Shown piece by piece: positions 29,469 to 39,934 of a stretch of DNA of 64,000 nucleotides. How positions within the stretch are numbered: position 1 is the first letter of the stretch; every line of letters starts with the position of its first letter. Source of the stretch: Clostridium homopropionicum DSM 5847 (GTDB lineage: Bacteria > Bacillota > Clostridia > Clostridiales > Clostridiaceae); NCBI RefSeq assembly GCF_001263795.1, contig NZ_LHUR01000042.1, forward strand, positions 324,639-388,638, written 5' to 3'. The notes under the pieces were generated by a model. The model was not told the DNA's origin. It was given only the letters and a program-made list of their open reading frames with translations, and did not search any database. Made by a program: the position numbers and the translations under genes.

Positions 29469-29524
29469 TTTATATTCTATAGTATGTCTAGTATTATCTT
29501 TAAGTGAATAATTAATATTCAGAG
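29469..29524. repeat. Intergenic repeat family B, copy 2
   Basis: tttatattctatagtatgtctagtattatctttaagtgaataattaatattcagag. About 80% identical to 27538..27593, lying upstream of the CDF transporter gene. Confidence 0.5.
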
Positions 29525-29567
29525 CTATAGATATTTCTCTTTATAAGTTATACATAAGAACTTCGTA

Positions 29568-29849
29568 CTATTTTGCTTTAATTAGTTTCCCATCCTTGAA
29601 TTCCTCATTATATTCCTGTTGATCATCTTTATTAAATCTTATCCATGTTCCATGTTTCTTGCCGTTCTGAAAATTCCCTATTTGCCATAGTTGTCCAGAT
29701 TCCCTATAAAATCTCCATTCACCTTCCATTTGATTGTTTTCAAAAGGGCCTTCTGCTTTTATTTTCCCATTTTTAAAATAGTAGGTGAGTTTATTTTTAT
29801 CATATGTGTAAACTTCTTGACCATTTGCGTACTTCTTTTTCTCTAACAT
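29568..29849 (-). CDS. MORN-repeat / YwqK-family antitoxin-like protein (orphan)
   Basis: 93 aa with repeated G-x-W-x-x-Y-x-x-G/NGKKHG motifs (NGQEVYTY..NGKIKAEGPFENNQMEGEWRFYRESGQLWQIGNFQNGKKHGTWIRF). Confidence 0.6.
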   Translation of the reverse strand: MLEKKKYANGQEVYTYDKNKLTYYFKNGKIKAEGPFENNQMEGEWRFYRESGQLWQIGNFQNGKKHGTWIRFNKDDQQEYNEEFKDGKLIKAK

Positions 29850-29913
29850 ATCTGTTCTCCTTATATTACAAATAAAATCTTTCTTCCTCTATTAAACCAC
29901 ATATTTTCTTTAT

Positions 29914-30813
29914 TTACATTAAAGGATTTGGAGTATCAGACCAATTTACATTAAACTTCCCTATAGCTTCATAAGGCGTGATAGTTAAGGTATACTTTCC
30001 AGGCATGTTTGGAGGTTTTATGCTAAATCCCCTAACTCTCTCTATGTTTTTCATTGTTTCACATCCAGAAAATATTACTTCTCCTTTTGGATTAGTAATT
30101 TGCCAATCTACCTTTCCATTCTCTAAAATAAAATTGAAATACACCTCAAACCCAATTCTAGAATAGTCTGAATAATAGCTTTTTATTTGTTTAGAGTTTT
30201 CTTTTACAAATATTCCACCCTCTCTTACACCATAATTTGCAAAGGGAGCTAATACACTTATAACAGGTAAACACACCATACCAAGCAAAGCTGTAATAAT
30301 AATTAGCCTTATCTTCTTCTCCCTCCAATAGAGGCCATAACTGAACCCTACAGAAAAAACTATAAACATAAATATATAAGCTGCAGTTACCCTTCCGGTT
30401 CCAGTGGCTACAACAGATAACTTTAAAATTTTAGAAACAATCGGAGTCATACATATTACATAATATTGAGAGAATCTTTCTGGGAAAAACGTCATAAACG
30501 CCATAAAACTTATTCTATTTTGAGATAAGTAGATTAGCAATTTAAAAATTACAAAAGATAGCAGCCATAATTTATTACCTTGAAAAAATCCTTTTCTTTT
30601 ATTCTCACTAATTTCTGCAAAGAGTTTACCAGCCCAAAACCAAAATACTATAAATAAAATGGATATGAACATGTATCCCTCTGTATATATTTTTGATATA
30701 AAGCTTACATTATCTATTAATATACCTAGTATTAATGGAATAAATATAACTAGTCTATATTTATTAGTAGCTTTATATTCCACAAGTGCCACCTCCTTAT
30801 TAATTCTTTTCAT
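29914..30813 (-). CDS. Polytopic membrane protein with C-terminal extracytoplasmic beta-rich domain, unknown function
   Basis: 299 aa with about 7 hydrophobic helices followed by a ~100-aa non-membrane tail. No recognisable family. Confidence 0.5.
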   Translation of the reverse strand: MKRINKEVALVEYKATNKYRLVIFIPLILGILIDNVSFISKIYTEGYMFISILFIVFWFWAGKLFAEISENKRKGFFQGNKLWLLSFVIFKLLIYLSQNRISFMAFMTFFPERFSQYYVICMTPIVSKILKLSVVATGTGRVTAAYIFMFIVFSVGFSYGLYWREKKIRLIIITALLGMVCLPVISVLAPFANYGVREGGIFVKENSKQIKSYYSDYSRIGFEVYFNFILENGKVDWQITNPKGEVIFSGCETMKNIERVRGFSIKPPNMPGKYTLTITPYEAIGKFNVNWSDTPNPLM

Positions 30814-30965
30814 AGTTAGATTACCGCCTTTTATAAATATTTATTTTTAATAAGATATAACCTACTATGTTAGGACGTTTAATCATAAAATTTTATAAAT
30901 TTATAAGCCTACGAAAGTAGGCTTGTAGGCTTATTTTTTCACCGTTCTAGTTTAGGTTAATAAAT

Positions 30966-33035
30966 TTACTTTAAATTTCCCTTGTTAGATTCATCATCAT
31001 TAGCCTCTTCATTTACTTTAGATACATTTGTAATTGGTGTATTGTCTATTTCTTTTTCTGTTATTCCATTATCCTCTTCAGTATCTTTTGCTATATCTAT
31101 TCCTAGTTGTTTATTCATAGTAAGAGCAAGGACTGTATCTAATATACTTGCATTACTATGTTCTCCATTTCTACCAAGAGTTACTATATTTTTAGGCACT
31201 ATAGGTACTTTTGCTATTTTTATAGCCTCAGCAAACTTTTCACCAATTATTTGAGCTACCTGATATTGAGGTCCACCGTATGCTTCTACTTGCTTATTTA
31301 TTGCTACAGCTTTAGCTATACCTACTTTTTCCTCTTTTTCTGCTTCAGCAGAAGCAATAATTTTAATTTCAGCTGCTCTAGCTTCAGCTAATGCTTTTAT
31401 TTGTTCTGCTTCTTGAAGTGCCTTTCTAAATTCAGCGGCACCCTTATTTGATTCTATATCAATATTGATTTCAGATTCAGTTAAAGCAGATTGTTGTCTT
31501 GCTTTAGCCTCAGATTCTTTTAAAATCTTTTCTTTTTCAGCAGCATATGTTTGATGTTTGTATGTTTCAATTTGCTCTTTTGCAACTTGTCTATCCCTTA
31601 ACTGTTGTAGAATTGTTTCTATTTTTTTATCATTTTCAGCCGAAGGAGTTCCGATTAATACTTCTTCAAGCTCTAAGCTGTAATGATTAAATTTTTCTTT
31701 CATTTTATCAGCAGCTTCTTCTTGAATTTCTGTTCTTTGTTGAATAAGTTCTATTAGAGTTCTCCTTTGTCCTATATTTTTAAAGTAAGAAGCTACCATA
31801 GGATCTAGTGTTTGTTCTACAAGCATTTTTATATCTCCAAATCTTTGAATAACAAGAGGGGCTTTTCTATAGTCTATATTTATTACAACTGATAAAGGTA
31901 ATGTTGGTTGGAAGGCATCTTGTGTTATAATGTCTACTTCTTTTAAGTTTTCATCATACTTATGTGTTTTGTCTGTCTCTCCTTCAATCCATTTTAGTAT
32001 GATGTTAGTTGTAGGTACAAGACTTATGCTACCTGCATAGGTATTAAAAGCATACTTGCCTGGATTTAATGGTTCTTTCCATACCCCTTTGCAGCCATTT
32101 TCAACAAGTTCTCCATGTTTATAGGCTTCTCCAGATTGATCCTTTCCCTTTCTTCCTGTATAACTAACAACTACCCCTACATATCCCACTGGAATAACAA
32201 CTTTTTTTACCAACTCTACAGTTGCAAATAAACCATTTAGGTAGTATGTCCCATCTGTTATAACTTGATATTGTCTTCCTCTAAAACCTCCCGCCTTTAA
32301 GAATGCTTCAGGGTTTTGGAAATTATTATGATATGTTTCTCCGTCTTGAGGGTTTTCTCCAACTATAGGAGCTATAATTTCTCCATTTGGTAGAGAAGGA
32401 CCATCATGTATAGTAACTATTCCAGTAAAATCACTATCACCTTGTATTATCATTGGCTTAAATCCATTATGTTCTCTTATCTTTTCGGCCATACTTTCAA
32501 TAGCTTGCATTTCAGTAGCATTTCCATTGTCTATGCAGTACGTCTTATTTTCCGTTATTACTACAAATTGAGCAAGGTTAAAGGCGTAAGTACCTTCTCT
32601 AAGAATATCTCTTTGAGGACCCTTTTGCCCTCCATTTTCAATAAATGCTCTAACATCTTGAAAGTTATTGCTTTCTTTTATTACTTTACCTAAGCTTTGA
32701 GTTGGTTCGAGTGCCTGTCCATCTCGTGCAAAGACATATCCTATTTGCCCTTGGGGTATTGTTATAAGTGGAGCTTTTTTCACTTTATACATTATAGCAG
32801 ACCTAAAATGTATACCCGCCCTTAGTACATCAGGTTGATATCCAGCTTCTTTATTCAATGCAATGATTGAGTTCTTTAGTGATCCTTTTGTGGACCACCA
32901 TTTTTCCACTATACCTATTTCATTACTTTTAATTACTCTTAATCCTAAAATGTAAGTTATAAGAATGTTTAGCAATATTATCCCTAATATTGCTATTCCT
33001 ATAACTTTTAAAAGTACTATAATTATCTCAGGCAT
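30966..33035 (-). CDS. Flotillin-like SPFH/band-7 protein (YqiK-type)
   Basis: 689 aa with an N-terminal TM anchor, an SPFH domain and a long E/A/K-rich coiled coil (AEARAAEIKIIASAEAEKEEK...). Confidence 0.8.
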   Translation of the reverse strand: MPEIIIVLLKVIGIAILGIILLNILITYILGLRVIKSNEIGIVEKWWSTKGSLKNSIIALNKEAGYQPDVLRAGIHFRSAIMYKVKKAPLITIPQGQIGYVFARDGQALEPTQSLGKVIKESNNFQDVRAFIENGGQKGPQRDILREGTYAFNLAQFVVITENKTYCIDNGNATEMQAIESMAEKIREHNGFKPMIIQGDSDFTGIVTIHDGPSLPNGEIIAPIVGENPQDGETYHNNFQNPEAFLKAGGFRGRQYQVITDGTYYLNGLFATVELVKKVVIPVGYVGVVVSYTGRKGKDQSGEAYKHGELVENGCKGVWKEPLNPGKYAFNTYAGSISLVPTTNIILKWIEGETDKTHKYDENLKEVDIITQDAFQPTLPLSVVINIDYRKAPLVIQRFGDIKMLVEQTLDPMVASYFKNIGQRRTLIELIQQRTEIQEEAADKMKEKFNHYSLELEEVLIGTPSAENDKKIETILQQLRDRQVAKEQIETYKHQTYAAEKEKILKESEAKARQQSALTESEINIDIESNKGAAEFRKALQEAEQIKALAEARAAEIKIIASAEAEKEEKVGIAKAVAINKQVEAYGGPQYQVAQIIGEKFAEAIKIAKVPIVPKNIVTLGRNGEHSNASILDTVLALTMNKQLGIDIAKDTEEDNGITEKEIDNTPITNVSKVNEEANDDESNKGNLK

Positions 33036-33245
33036 ATTTTTATTCCCCCTATTTCATTATATTGTTTATACTTTTTACTGACTCCTAATTGTTTGAAAAT
33101 TCATAGTTTAGAATTGGTCCTACTAATTTAGCTGCTCTCTCCTTCACCATTAATATTTTTTCTTTATATTACTATTATACCTTTAATATGTAATTAATTC
33201 CACATATTGCAGAAATGAATTCACTCTTAAATATTTTGATGAAAA

Positions 33246-33285
33246 CAAAAAATAAATGTCTCCGCAAATAATTCAGAGACACTTT
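33246..33285 (-). repeat. Terminator-like repeat element, copy 1 (second copy at 47315..47356)
   Basis: caaaaaataaatgtctccgcaaataattcagagacacttt. On the minus strand it reads tgtctc-[13-nt loop]-gagaca followed by TTTATTTTTT. Confidence 0.5.
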
Positions 33286-33413
33286 ACAAAAATATGACTT
33301 AATTTAGTATTTTGCTAGCTTTATTCTATAGTTAGCATTTCAGTTTTAAGAAAATTGTGTCATGTCATTGCATTTTAAAACATTCTTACAATCGGTGAAT
33401 TACCTTTTAAAAT

Positions 33414-33746
33414 TTAATAACCCCAATATTCTTCTGCTTCTTCCTCCATTTTAGTTAGCCGTTTATAATAATCTGAATATTCATTTAAGTGAGCAAGAGT
33501 TATTTTGCCAGTTATAATAGGATCATCATTAGTTATGTTAGTAAATGGATTAATACTACCATGCTCTAATTCAACATTTAATCCAATTCTAAATTGTTCT
33601 ACATTAAACTTGTCAAATTTAATATTCAAATATTTGGCAATCGATGCTGCTTCTTCTATAGTAAAATTTTTTTTAGGAGAAATACTTTTATCATTACCTC
33701 TCATCATCTTATAGAAATAAGGACACCTGTACATATATACCTCCAT
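33414..33746 (-). CDS. Hypothetical protein (DUF-type, conserved in Firmicutes)
   Basis: 110 aa ORF with the ..LNVELEHG...NVTNDD....KIALAHLNE..DYY..L..ME. pattern. No assignable function. Confidence 0.5.
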   Translation of the reverse strand: MEVYMYRCPYFYKMMRGNDKSISPKKNFTIEEAASIAKYLNIKFDKFNVEQFRIGLNVELEHGSINPFTNITNDDPIITGKITLAHLNEYSDYYKRLTKMEEEAEEYWGY

Positions 33747-33903
33747 AAAAAGTAAATATTACAATATATTATGTATAAAAAATTGTTTTGATACATAATA
33801 TAATTGCTATATTTTATATTATAGAATAATGTTATTACTCTTAAGCACCTTGTTTTTATCGCACCGTATTATGACCCCCTTTTAATTTAGTTTTATTAGA
33901 ATA

Positions 33904-34260
33904 TTACGTAATAATTAAAAATACTAATAAAATCCATATTAATATCATTGGAATTGCAAAATACCACCTTTTAGGTTTTCCACTACTCCATAAGTTTTCT
34001 GCTTCACTTCTGCATTGATTAAATATTTCTTCTGGTATAAATTTTATTGTAATTACAACAAGTATTGGAAGTAAAATTAGATCATCTAACAAACCTATAA
34101 CCGGTATAAAATCTGGTATAAAATCAATAGGTGATAGCGCATATCCAATTGTAATTCCCGCAAAAATCTTTGCTATTACTGGTGTTTCTTTTTTCTTCAA
34201 AGCAATGAATAAAGCAGGTATATCTGACTTTAATTTTCTTGCTCTAACTTTTAAATCCAT
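33904..34260 (-). CDS. DUF1232 (YkvA-like) membrane protein
   Basis: 118 aa with the characteristic ALSPIDFIPDFIPVIGLLDDL motif. Confidence 0.7.
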   Translation of the reverse strand: MDLKVRARKLKSDIPALFIALKKKETPVIAKIFAGITIGYALSPIDFIPDFIPVIGLLDDLILLPILVVITIKFIPEEIFNQCRSEAENLWSSGKPKRWYFAIPMILIWILLVFLIIT

Positions 34261-34515
34261 TATTTAAATCTCCTATTCACTGTTATGTTTTATTTCACGT
34301 TAAAATTTTTTAGGTAAATTAAAGTTTATTTTGTATATAATAATTCATTCTAATTGAAAATATACTTACATTTGTTACAATTAATTTTTGCTGTTAACTA
34401 TCCCCTAGAGCTTTTACCTCCTAGAGAATCAGGAGAATTTAACCTGGAGTAAATATAAAAAAGAAAGCCGCCATGACTTTCTTCTTCCTTAACTATTTAA
34501 GCTCATTTCCCTCGT

Positions 34516-35103
34516 TTATTTAAATAACATACCATAAGCGCACTCTAGAAGAATAAGTGCTAAAATAATATTAATTACTTTGAAATATCTTATATAAGCC
34601 CTCTGAAATATAGCTCCAAATACAGCCCATAATGTAGTTGCAATACTTCCAATAGTTGAAATTAGCATACTAAAAAATATTAACATTCCGAAAGAACTAT
34701 GATAAGGCAAAACATATCCTGTTAAGGCAGTAATTCCGAATAAATATATTTTTACATTGACAAATTGTAGGATAAATCCTACCAAAGGCGAAACCCCTTC
34801 TCCATTAGAACTTTCCTCTGGTCTACTACGAAAAATATGAATTGCTAGAACTGCAATATAAACTGCTCCAACATATTTTAGAACAAATATTAATGGATTC
34901 AGAAGCTGATTTAATCCAAAGGTAAAAACTGCGCATAATGCTTGGACACAATAGTATCCAGCAAATATTCCCAGTAACGTTTTCTTACCATTTTTCCATC
35001 CATAGTTGCTCATGGTGTTAAAAGCTAATATGTTACCTGGCCCTGGTGTAAAAGCATTGATAATTGCATATACTAAAAATGCTATGATTGCCTGTGTATT
35101 CAT
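34516..35103 (-). CDS. LysE/RhtB family amino-acid exporter
   Basis: 195 aa with 6 TM helices. The N-terminal AFTPGPGNILAF is the LysE family signature. Confidence 0.8.
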   Translation of the reverse strand: MNTQAIIAFLVYAIINAFTPGPGNILAFNTMSNYGWKNGKKTLLGIFAGYYCVQALCAVFTFGLNQLLNPLIFVLKYVGAVYIAVLAIHIFRSRPEESSNGEGVSPLVGFILQFVNVKIYLFGITALTGYVLPYHSSFGMLIFFSMLISTIGSIATTLWAVFGAIFQRAYIRYFKVINIILALILLECAYGMLFK

Positions 35104-35256
35104 CTTGTTTATCCTCCTTCAAATTATAAGCTTTCATACTGCTGTAAATCGCTTCCTAAAAATCATAGCACATACTATTGATATATCATAATTTCAATAA
35201 AATATGGCTTGCCATAGTTTTAAACTATAGCGAGCCACTTTCTAAAATTCCTAATA

Positions 35257-36171
35257 TTATAGCAAATCCGAAGCTATTTTCTTCAATGCCTCTAAGTAGA
35301 TTTCTCCTAGCCTGCTGAGAATCATATCTTTATGTACAATAGTCCCTACCTGTATTTTTTCCTCTACTTCCAAAGGAACAGAAACAATATCATCTCCATG
35401 CAAGTATTTTGGGAATAAACCTGTTGAAATTGTGTATCCATTTAGACCAATCATAAAGTTTACAATGGCAGCCCTATCACTTACCTTAATACTTTTTTTC
35501 ACAGTTCGTGTGCTAAGTATCTCCTCGGCAAAATAAAAAGAATTATACTGTCCCTGGCTAAAGGATAAACATGGATACTGATCAAGTTCTTCTATTCTTA
35601 TACTCTTTTGTGTTGCTAGAGGATGTCTGCTATAGAGAAATACATGTGGTTTTGCAACAAATAGCTCTGTAAAAATGAGGTTATTTTCCTCGAATATCTT
35701 ATGAAGCACAGCTTCATTATAGTTACTCAGATAGATAATTCCAATTTCACTATGCAGGTTCTTTACATCCTCGATGATTTCCCAAGTTTTCGTCTCATTT
35801 ATAGTAAACTCATACTCCTCTGCACCAAATTCCTTTACCAAATCCACAAAAGCATTAGCAGCAAAGGTGTAGTGCTGTGTAGATACAGAAAATTTCTGCT
35901 TTACTGTCTTTTCATTGAGATATTTTTCTTCTAATAAATTAGTCTGTTGCAGTACTTGTCTAGCATATCCTAGAAACTCCGCACCTTCATTTGTAACAAG
36001 AATGCCTTTGTTAGTTCTTGTAAAAATAGTAGTTTTTATTTCTGTCTCTAATTCCTTAATAGCATTTGAAAGACTTGGTTGACTTATAAACAGGCTCTTA
36101 GCAGCTTCACTTATAGAACCTTTTTCAGCAACTTCAATTGCGTATCTTAGCTGTTGTAAAGTAATTCTCAT
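35257..36171 (-). CDS. LysR family transcriptional regulator
   Basis: N-terminal HTH (LQQLRYAIEVAEKGSISEAAKSLFISQPSLSNAIKELE) plus a LysR substrate-binding domain. Confidence 0.85.
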   Translation of the reverse strand: MRITLQQLRYAIEVAEKGSISEAAKSLFISQPSLSNAIKELETEIKTTIFTRTNKGILVTNEGAEFLGYARQVLQQTNLLEEKYLNEKTVKQKFSVSTQHYTFAANAFVDLVKEFGAEEYEFTINETKTWEIIEDVKNLHSEIGIIYLSNYNEAVLHKIFEENNLIFTELFVAKPHVFLYSRHPLATQKSIRIEELDQYPCLSFSQGQYNSFYFAEEILSTRTVKKSIKVSDRAAIVNFMIGLNGYTISTGLFPKYLHGDDIVSVPLEVEEKIQVGTIVHKDMILSRLGEIYLEALKKIASDLL

Positions 36172-37619
36172 TTATACTCACCTACTATTTTAGGCATTGC
36201 TATTGATAATATTACAGATAGGATAGATATTATTATAAATATTATAAAAAGAGCATGCAAAGAACTATTCAAAGAAAGCTTTATTTGCTCGCTTGTTACT
36301 CCAGAGCTGTATGCAGTAGACTTATATAAATTGCTTGGATCTACTCCTTTTATGCCAAGCTGAGTAAAATACTTAACTATATATAAGTTGAATATACTTC
36401 CGAATACACTTACACCTATTGTTTGTCCTAATGTCCTAAGCAATGAATTAGTAGCAGTGGCAGCACCTCTTTTGTTATATTCTACAGATTCTTGAATAAT
36501 TATAGTTAAAATAGTAAAAGAACCACCAAATCCAAAACCCATAATAAAGACATAAACTAGTATTAATAATAATGAAGAATTTATTCCTAATGTAGGAAGA
36601 AGTATGGCACTTATAAGCAAAATAATATTAGATACTACTGTTACTGCTTTTACTCCATATTTTACTATGAATTTACCTAACAGTACAGAAGCTATGAGCC
36701 AGGAAAGTGACATAGGTGCTAGAGCTAAACCTGATACAGTAGCATTAAAGCCTAGTACATTTTGTATATATATTGCCATATAAACATCTGCACCTATTAA
36801 TATAGCTGAAGCTAAAAAGCTTATTAAATTTACAATTGTGCTTGTTTTAGTAAATATGTCAAAAGGCATAATTGGCTCTTTTGCTTTTTTTTCTATTTTA
36901 TAGAATGCAATTAGAAATATAATTGTTATAATTAATGATATTACAATAAATATATTATGATTATAACTTGCATTTTCACTTGATAAGAAAATATTCAAAA
37001 ATACAATCATTGCTACAGATAAAGTAATAATTCCTGCGTAATCAATTTTATGTTTTGTCTTCTTAAAGTTTTCCTTTAGATTTTTCTGAATAAGTATAAT
37101 TGATAATATGCCAAAAGGAATGTTTATAAAAAATATCCAATTCCAAGACAGCATGTCTATTAAGATTCCTCCTAGGAATGGCCCTACAAGGCTTGCAATT
37201 CCCCATACGGTACTTATACCTCCTTGAACCTTTGGCCTTTCCTCCAATGTAAATACATCTCCAACAATTGTATATGTAACTGTAAATATTGCACCTGCTC
37301 CTATTCCTTGAATTGCACGAAATCCAATTAACATATACATATTTTGTGATAATCCACACAAGAAACTTCCAACTAAAAATATAATTATTCCTATTGAAAG
37401 CATATTTTTTCTTCCATATAAATCTGATAGCTTACCATATATAGGAGTTGAAATTGCAGAGGTTAATAAGTATACCGAAAAAACTAAACTAATAATTTCA
37501 AAACCTTGCAGATCCTTGACTATGGTTGGTACAGCCGTTGTTACAACAGTTCCCTCAATGGCTCCTAAAAACATTGCTACCATTAATGCTATTACTATAT
37601 TTCTCTTTCTTAAATCCAT
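36168..37619 (-). CDS. MFS transporter, DHA2-like (14 TMS) drug:H+ antiporter
   Basis: 483 aa with an MFS signature (GKLSDLYGRK) and 14 hydrophobic segments. It overlaps the LysR stop by 4 nt. Confidence 0.85.
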   Translation of the reverse strand: MDLRKRNIVIALMVAMFLGAIEGTVVTTAVPTIVKDLQGFEIISLVFSVYLLTSAISTPIYGKLSDLYGRKNMLSIGIIIFLVGSFLCGLSQNMYMLIGFRAIQGIGAGAIFTVTYTIVGDVFTLEERPKVQGGISTVWGIASLVGPFLGGILIDMLSWNWIFFINIPFGILSIILIQKNLKENFKKTKHKIDYAGIITLSVAMIVFLNIFLSSENASYNHNIFIVISLIITIIFLIAFYKIEKKAKEPIMPFDIFTKTSTIVNLISFLASAILIGADVYMAIYIQNVLGFNATVSGLALAPMSLSWLIASVLLGKFIVKYGVKAVTVVSNIILLISAILLPTLGINSSLLLILVYVFIMGFGFGGSFTILTIIIQESVEYNKRGAATATNSLLRTLGQTIGVSVFGSIFNLYIVKYFTQLGIKGVDPSNLYKSTAYSSGVTSEQIKLSLNSSLHALFIIFIIISILSVILSIAMPKIVGEYK

Positions 37620-37923
37620 TCTCTATATCCTTCCTTACTAATTTCTTAGTTGCGTTTATTAATCAGTCTTTATAATTATATATATATTAACTAATTTATA
37701 CAATAAAATAATAAACTCAACTTTCGTCTTGTTAATCCTGGTTCTGGTAAATGCTTAATATCTTCTTCAGTTAGTATGTCTTTTTCAAATTCTTTAGAAT
37801 GCTCTAATTGCCTCTTAACCTCTGTGTTATAGGTTCTCTTAAGTTCCAGTGATTTATAAATCAAAAACGAAACTATCATAATTTTAATAGAAAAGCTTCA
37901 TCCCATGTCAGGATAAAGCTTTT

Positions 37924-38388
37924 CTAAACATAATTTTTAATATTATTTTTTACATTCTTAACCACATTAACTATATCCATATAAGCCTGTTGTGTTCCTT
38001 TTGTTACAATTGGTCTGCCAAAGTTTACCCAATGCAGCTTTCTTGAAGTGTATCCACCTATATTCATAAGCAAATTTACAGTTGGCTTAGTATCTACAAT
38101 AAAAAGTCCTTTATCATTCCCTAGTAAACTAGAATACATATCATTAATAACAGATACTACTAGGTTTGGATTATACATTCTAGCTAAAGTATAAACTTTT
38201 ATTTTATACTCATCTTCTCCAATATATATTAATCGTCCAATTTGATCCTTTTCAATTTTATCAAAGGTTGGCAAATCAAGCAGTTCATCCTTATTTGGTA
38301 CTCTGTCCATTGGCAATTTATTGATATGCAAGTTAGCTGCTACTGCTGTAGAATGAGCTCCTCCAACATCATGATATATTACTATCAT
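37924..38388 (-). CDS. DUF3189 family protein
   Basis: 154 aa. The N-terminal MIVIYHDVGGAHSTAVAANLHI matches the DUF3189 start pattern (IIYHCYGGAHSS..AA.IHL). Confidence 0.6.
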   Translation of the reverse strand: MIVIYHDVGGAHSTAVAANLHINKLPMDRVPNKDELLDLPTFDKIEKDQIGRLIYIGEDEYKIKVYTLARMYNPNLVVSVINDMYSSLLGNDKGLFIVDTKPTVNLLMNIGGYTSRKLHWVNFGRPIVTKGTQQAYMDIVNVVKNVKNNIKNYV

Positions 38389-38525
38389 ATTACTACACCT
38401 ACTTCTGCAATGTTATAAATATAAAAAACATATAAAGAATTGTTTAAAATATTAGAAATAATTTTAAACAATTCTTTAAAATATAATTACTAAACTATAA
38501 AAAATTTAAATATTGAAAATTATAA

Positions 38526-38903
38526 TTACATTGCTCTTCCAGGGATTATTGCATCTATTATTCCAATAACTAAAGCTGCTAATATAGCACCTATTATAGA
38601 CACTCTCATATAAGGAACTAAGAATTGAGCTAAATATATTATTATTGCAGAAATAACAAATCCTTTTAATCCCTTTCCAAAAGGTGAAGCATCCACTCCC
38701 ATAAAAGATTCTACCAAGTAATCTAGTACAGTTATTACAACTGCAGCTAATATAAATGACCATAAACCACTAATTGTAAAACCAGGTGTTAGAAATGATG
38801 TTATTGCTAAAATTACTGCAACAAGTACAAATCTTATTAGCCACTGCCCAATACCTTTACCACGTGTATTTTTTTCTGTTTCAACTTTTTTATCATTTGC
38901 CAT
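38526..38903 (-). CDS. YvlD-like 4-TM phage-holin-family membrane protein (PF04020-like)
   Basis: 125 aa with four hydrophobic helices and a short Lys-rich N-terminus. The overlapping 38506..38763 ORF in another frame is considered spurious. Confidence 0.55.
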   Translation of the reverse strand: MANDKKVETEKNTRGKGIGQWLIRFVLVAVILAITSFLTPGFTISGLWSFILAAVVITVLDYLVESFMGVDASPFGKGLKGFVISAIIIYLAQFLVPYMRVSIIGAILAALVIGIIDAIIPGRAM

Positions 38904-39045
38904 TAATATTTACCTCCTATATAAACAATAAATTTTTTAACTATATACATAGTGTGCTTATATAATTAAAAAATATTACATTATAAAATTGATAAAAAAT
39001 GCAAATAATAAATTTACAATTTAATAGCCTGTCTATTTAGCGATA

Positions 39046-39852
39046 TTACCAGTTTATTTCCAAACCTACTCCAACTTCTTTCACAGGCAAAACTTTATGT
39101 ATTTCTGCTCTAACAACAAATGAAGTACAATGGCAAGGATATAATTCCTTTAAATCGTTCTGTTTTATGTAATCTACAGTTTTATTAACCTGTTCATTTA
39201 CTTGAAATAAATGAAATCCTCCTATAACTCCTAATACTCTATTATCTCTACATACTTTTTTTGCATATTCTATTATGTTACATATACCGCTGTGGGAACA
39301 GCCTGTAATAATATAAATACCATTTTTACTTTCATATACAAGGGCTGTATCATCTAATACATAATCATCAACTGAAGTTTCCCCAACAATTTGTATGCCA
39401 ATAGGCTTTCTAATTTCGAAATTATTTATTTGAGGTATTTCTCCTAAAAAAGTTATATGTTTGCTGACTTTAATAGGTTCTTTAGAAAGAATTAGATTAC
39501 ATTTATCTTTAAGTTCTTCTTCTAAAATAGGAGAACAAATTTTTAAACCATCTATTATTTTTTCTTTAAATGCGTCTGGATGAGCAATAATAGATATATT
39601 ATTTTTATATTTTTGCTCAAAGTAATCTTTTAATCCCCTTGTGTGGTCATCGTGCCCATGTGAAATAACAATAGTGTTTATATTTTCTAAATCTATCCCT
39701 AATGCAGCAGCGTTTTTTAGAAATAAATCAGAATACCCCACATCCAATAGTAAGCTTACATCCTCATCTTCAATATAATAGGAAACAGCAGGTTCACCAC
39801 AATAATATTGGTCAATGTATGTATTATTATCTACTAGCACTTTTAGTTTCAC
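39046..39852 (-). CDS. MBL-fold metallo-hydrolase
   Basis: 268 aa. The HGHDDHTRGL metallo-beta-lactamase HxHxDH motif is present. Confidence 0.75.
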   Translation of the reverse strand: MKLKVLVDNNTYIDQYYCGEPAVSYYIEDEDVSLLLDVGYSDLFLKNAAALGIDLENINTIVISHGHDDHTRGLKDYFEQKYKNNISIIAHPDAFKEKIIDGLKICSPILEEELKDKCNLILSKEPIKVSKHITFLGEIPQINNFEIRKPIGIQIVGETSVDDYVLDDTALVYESKNGIYIITGCSHSGICNIIEYAKKVCRDNRVLGVIGGFHLFQVNEQVNKTVDYIKQNDLKELYPCHCTSFVVRAEIHKVLPVKEVGVGLEINW

Positions 39853-39934
39853 ATTGTTGCCTCCTTTGCTATAATATCAGTTAATTTAATATTAAGATTG
39901 CTGAAAAAACTCCTTGATTAATAAACTATAATTA

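Noticed and set aside
38506-38763. 85-aa Cys/Asn-rich ORF overlapping the YvlD-like gene
   Set aside because: It is an alternative frame of the same strand inside a better-supported TM protein ORF.
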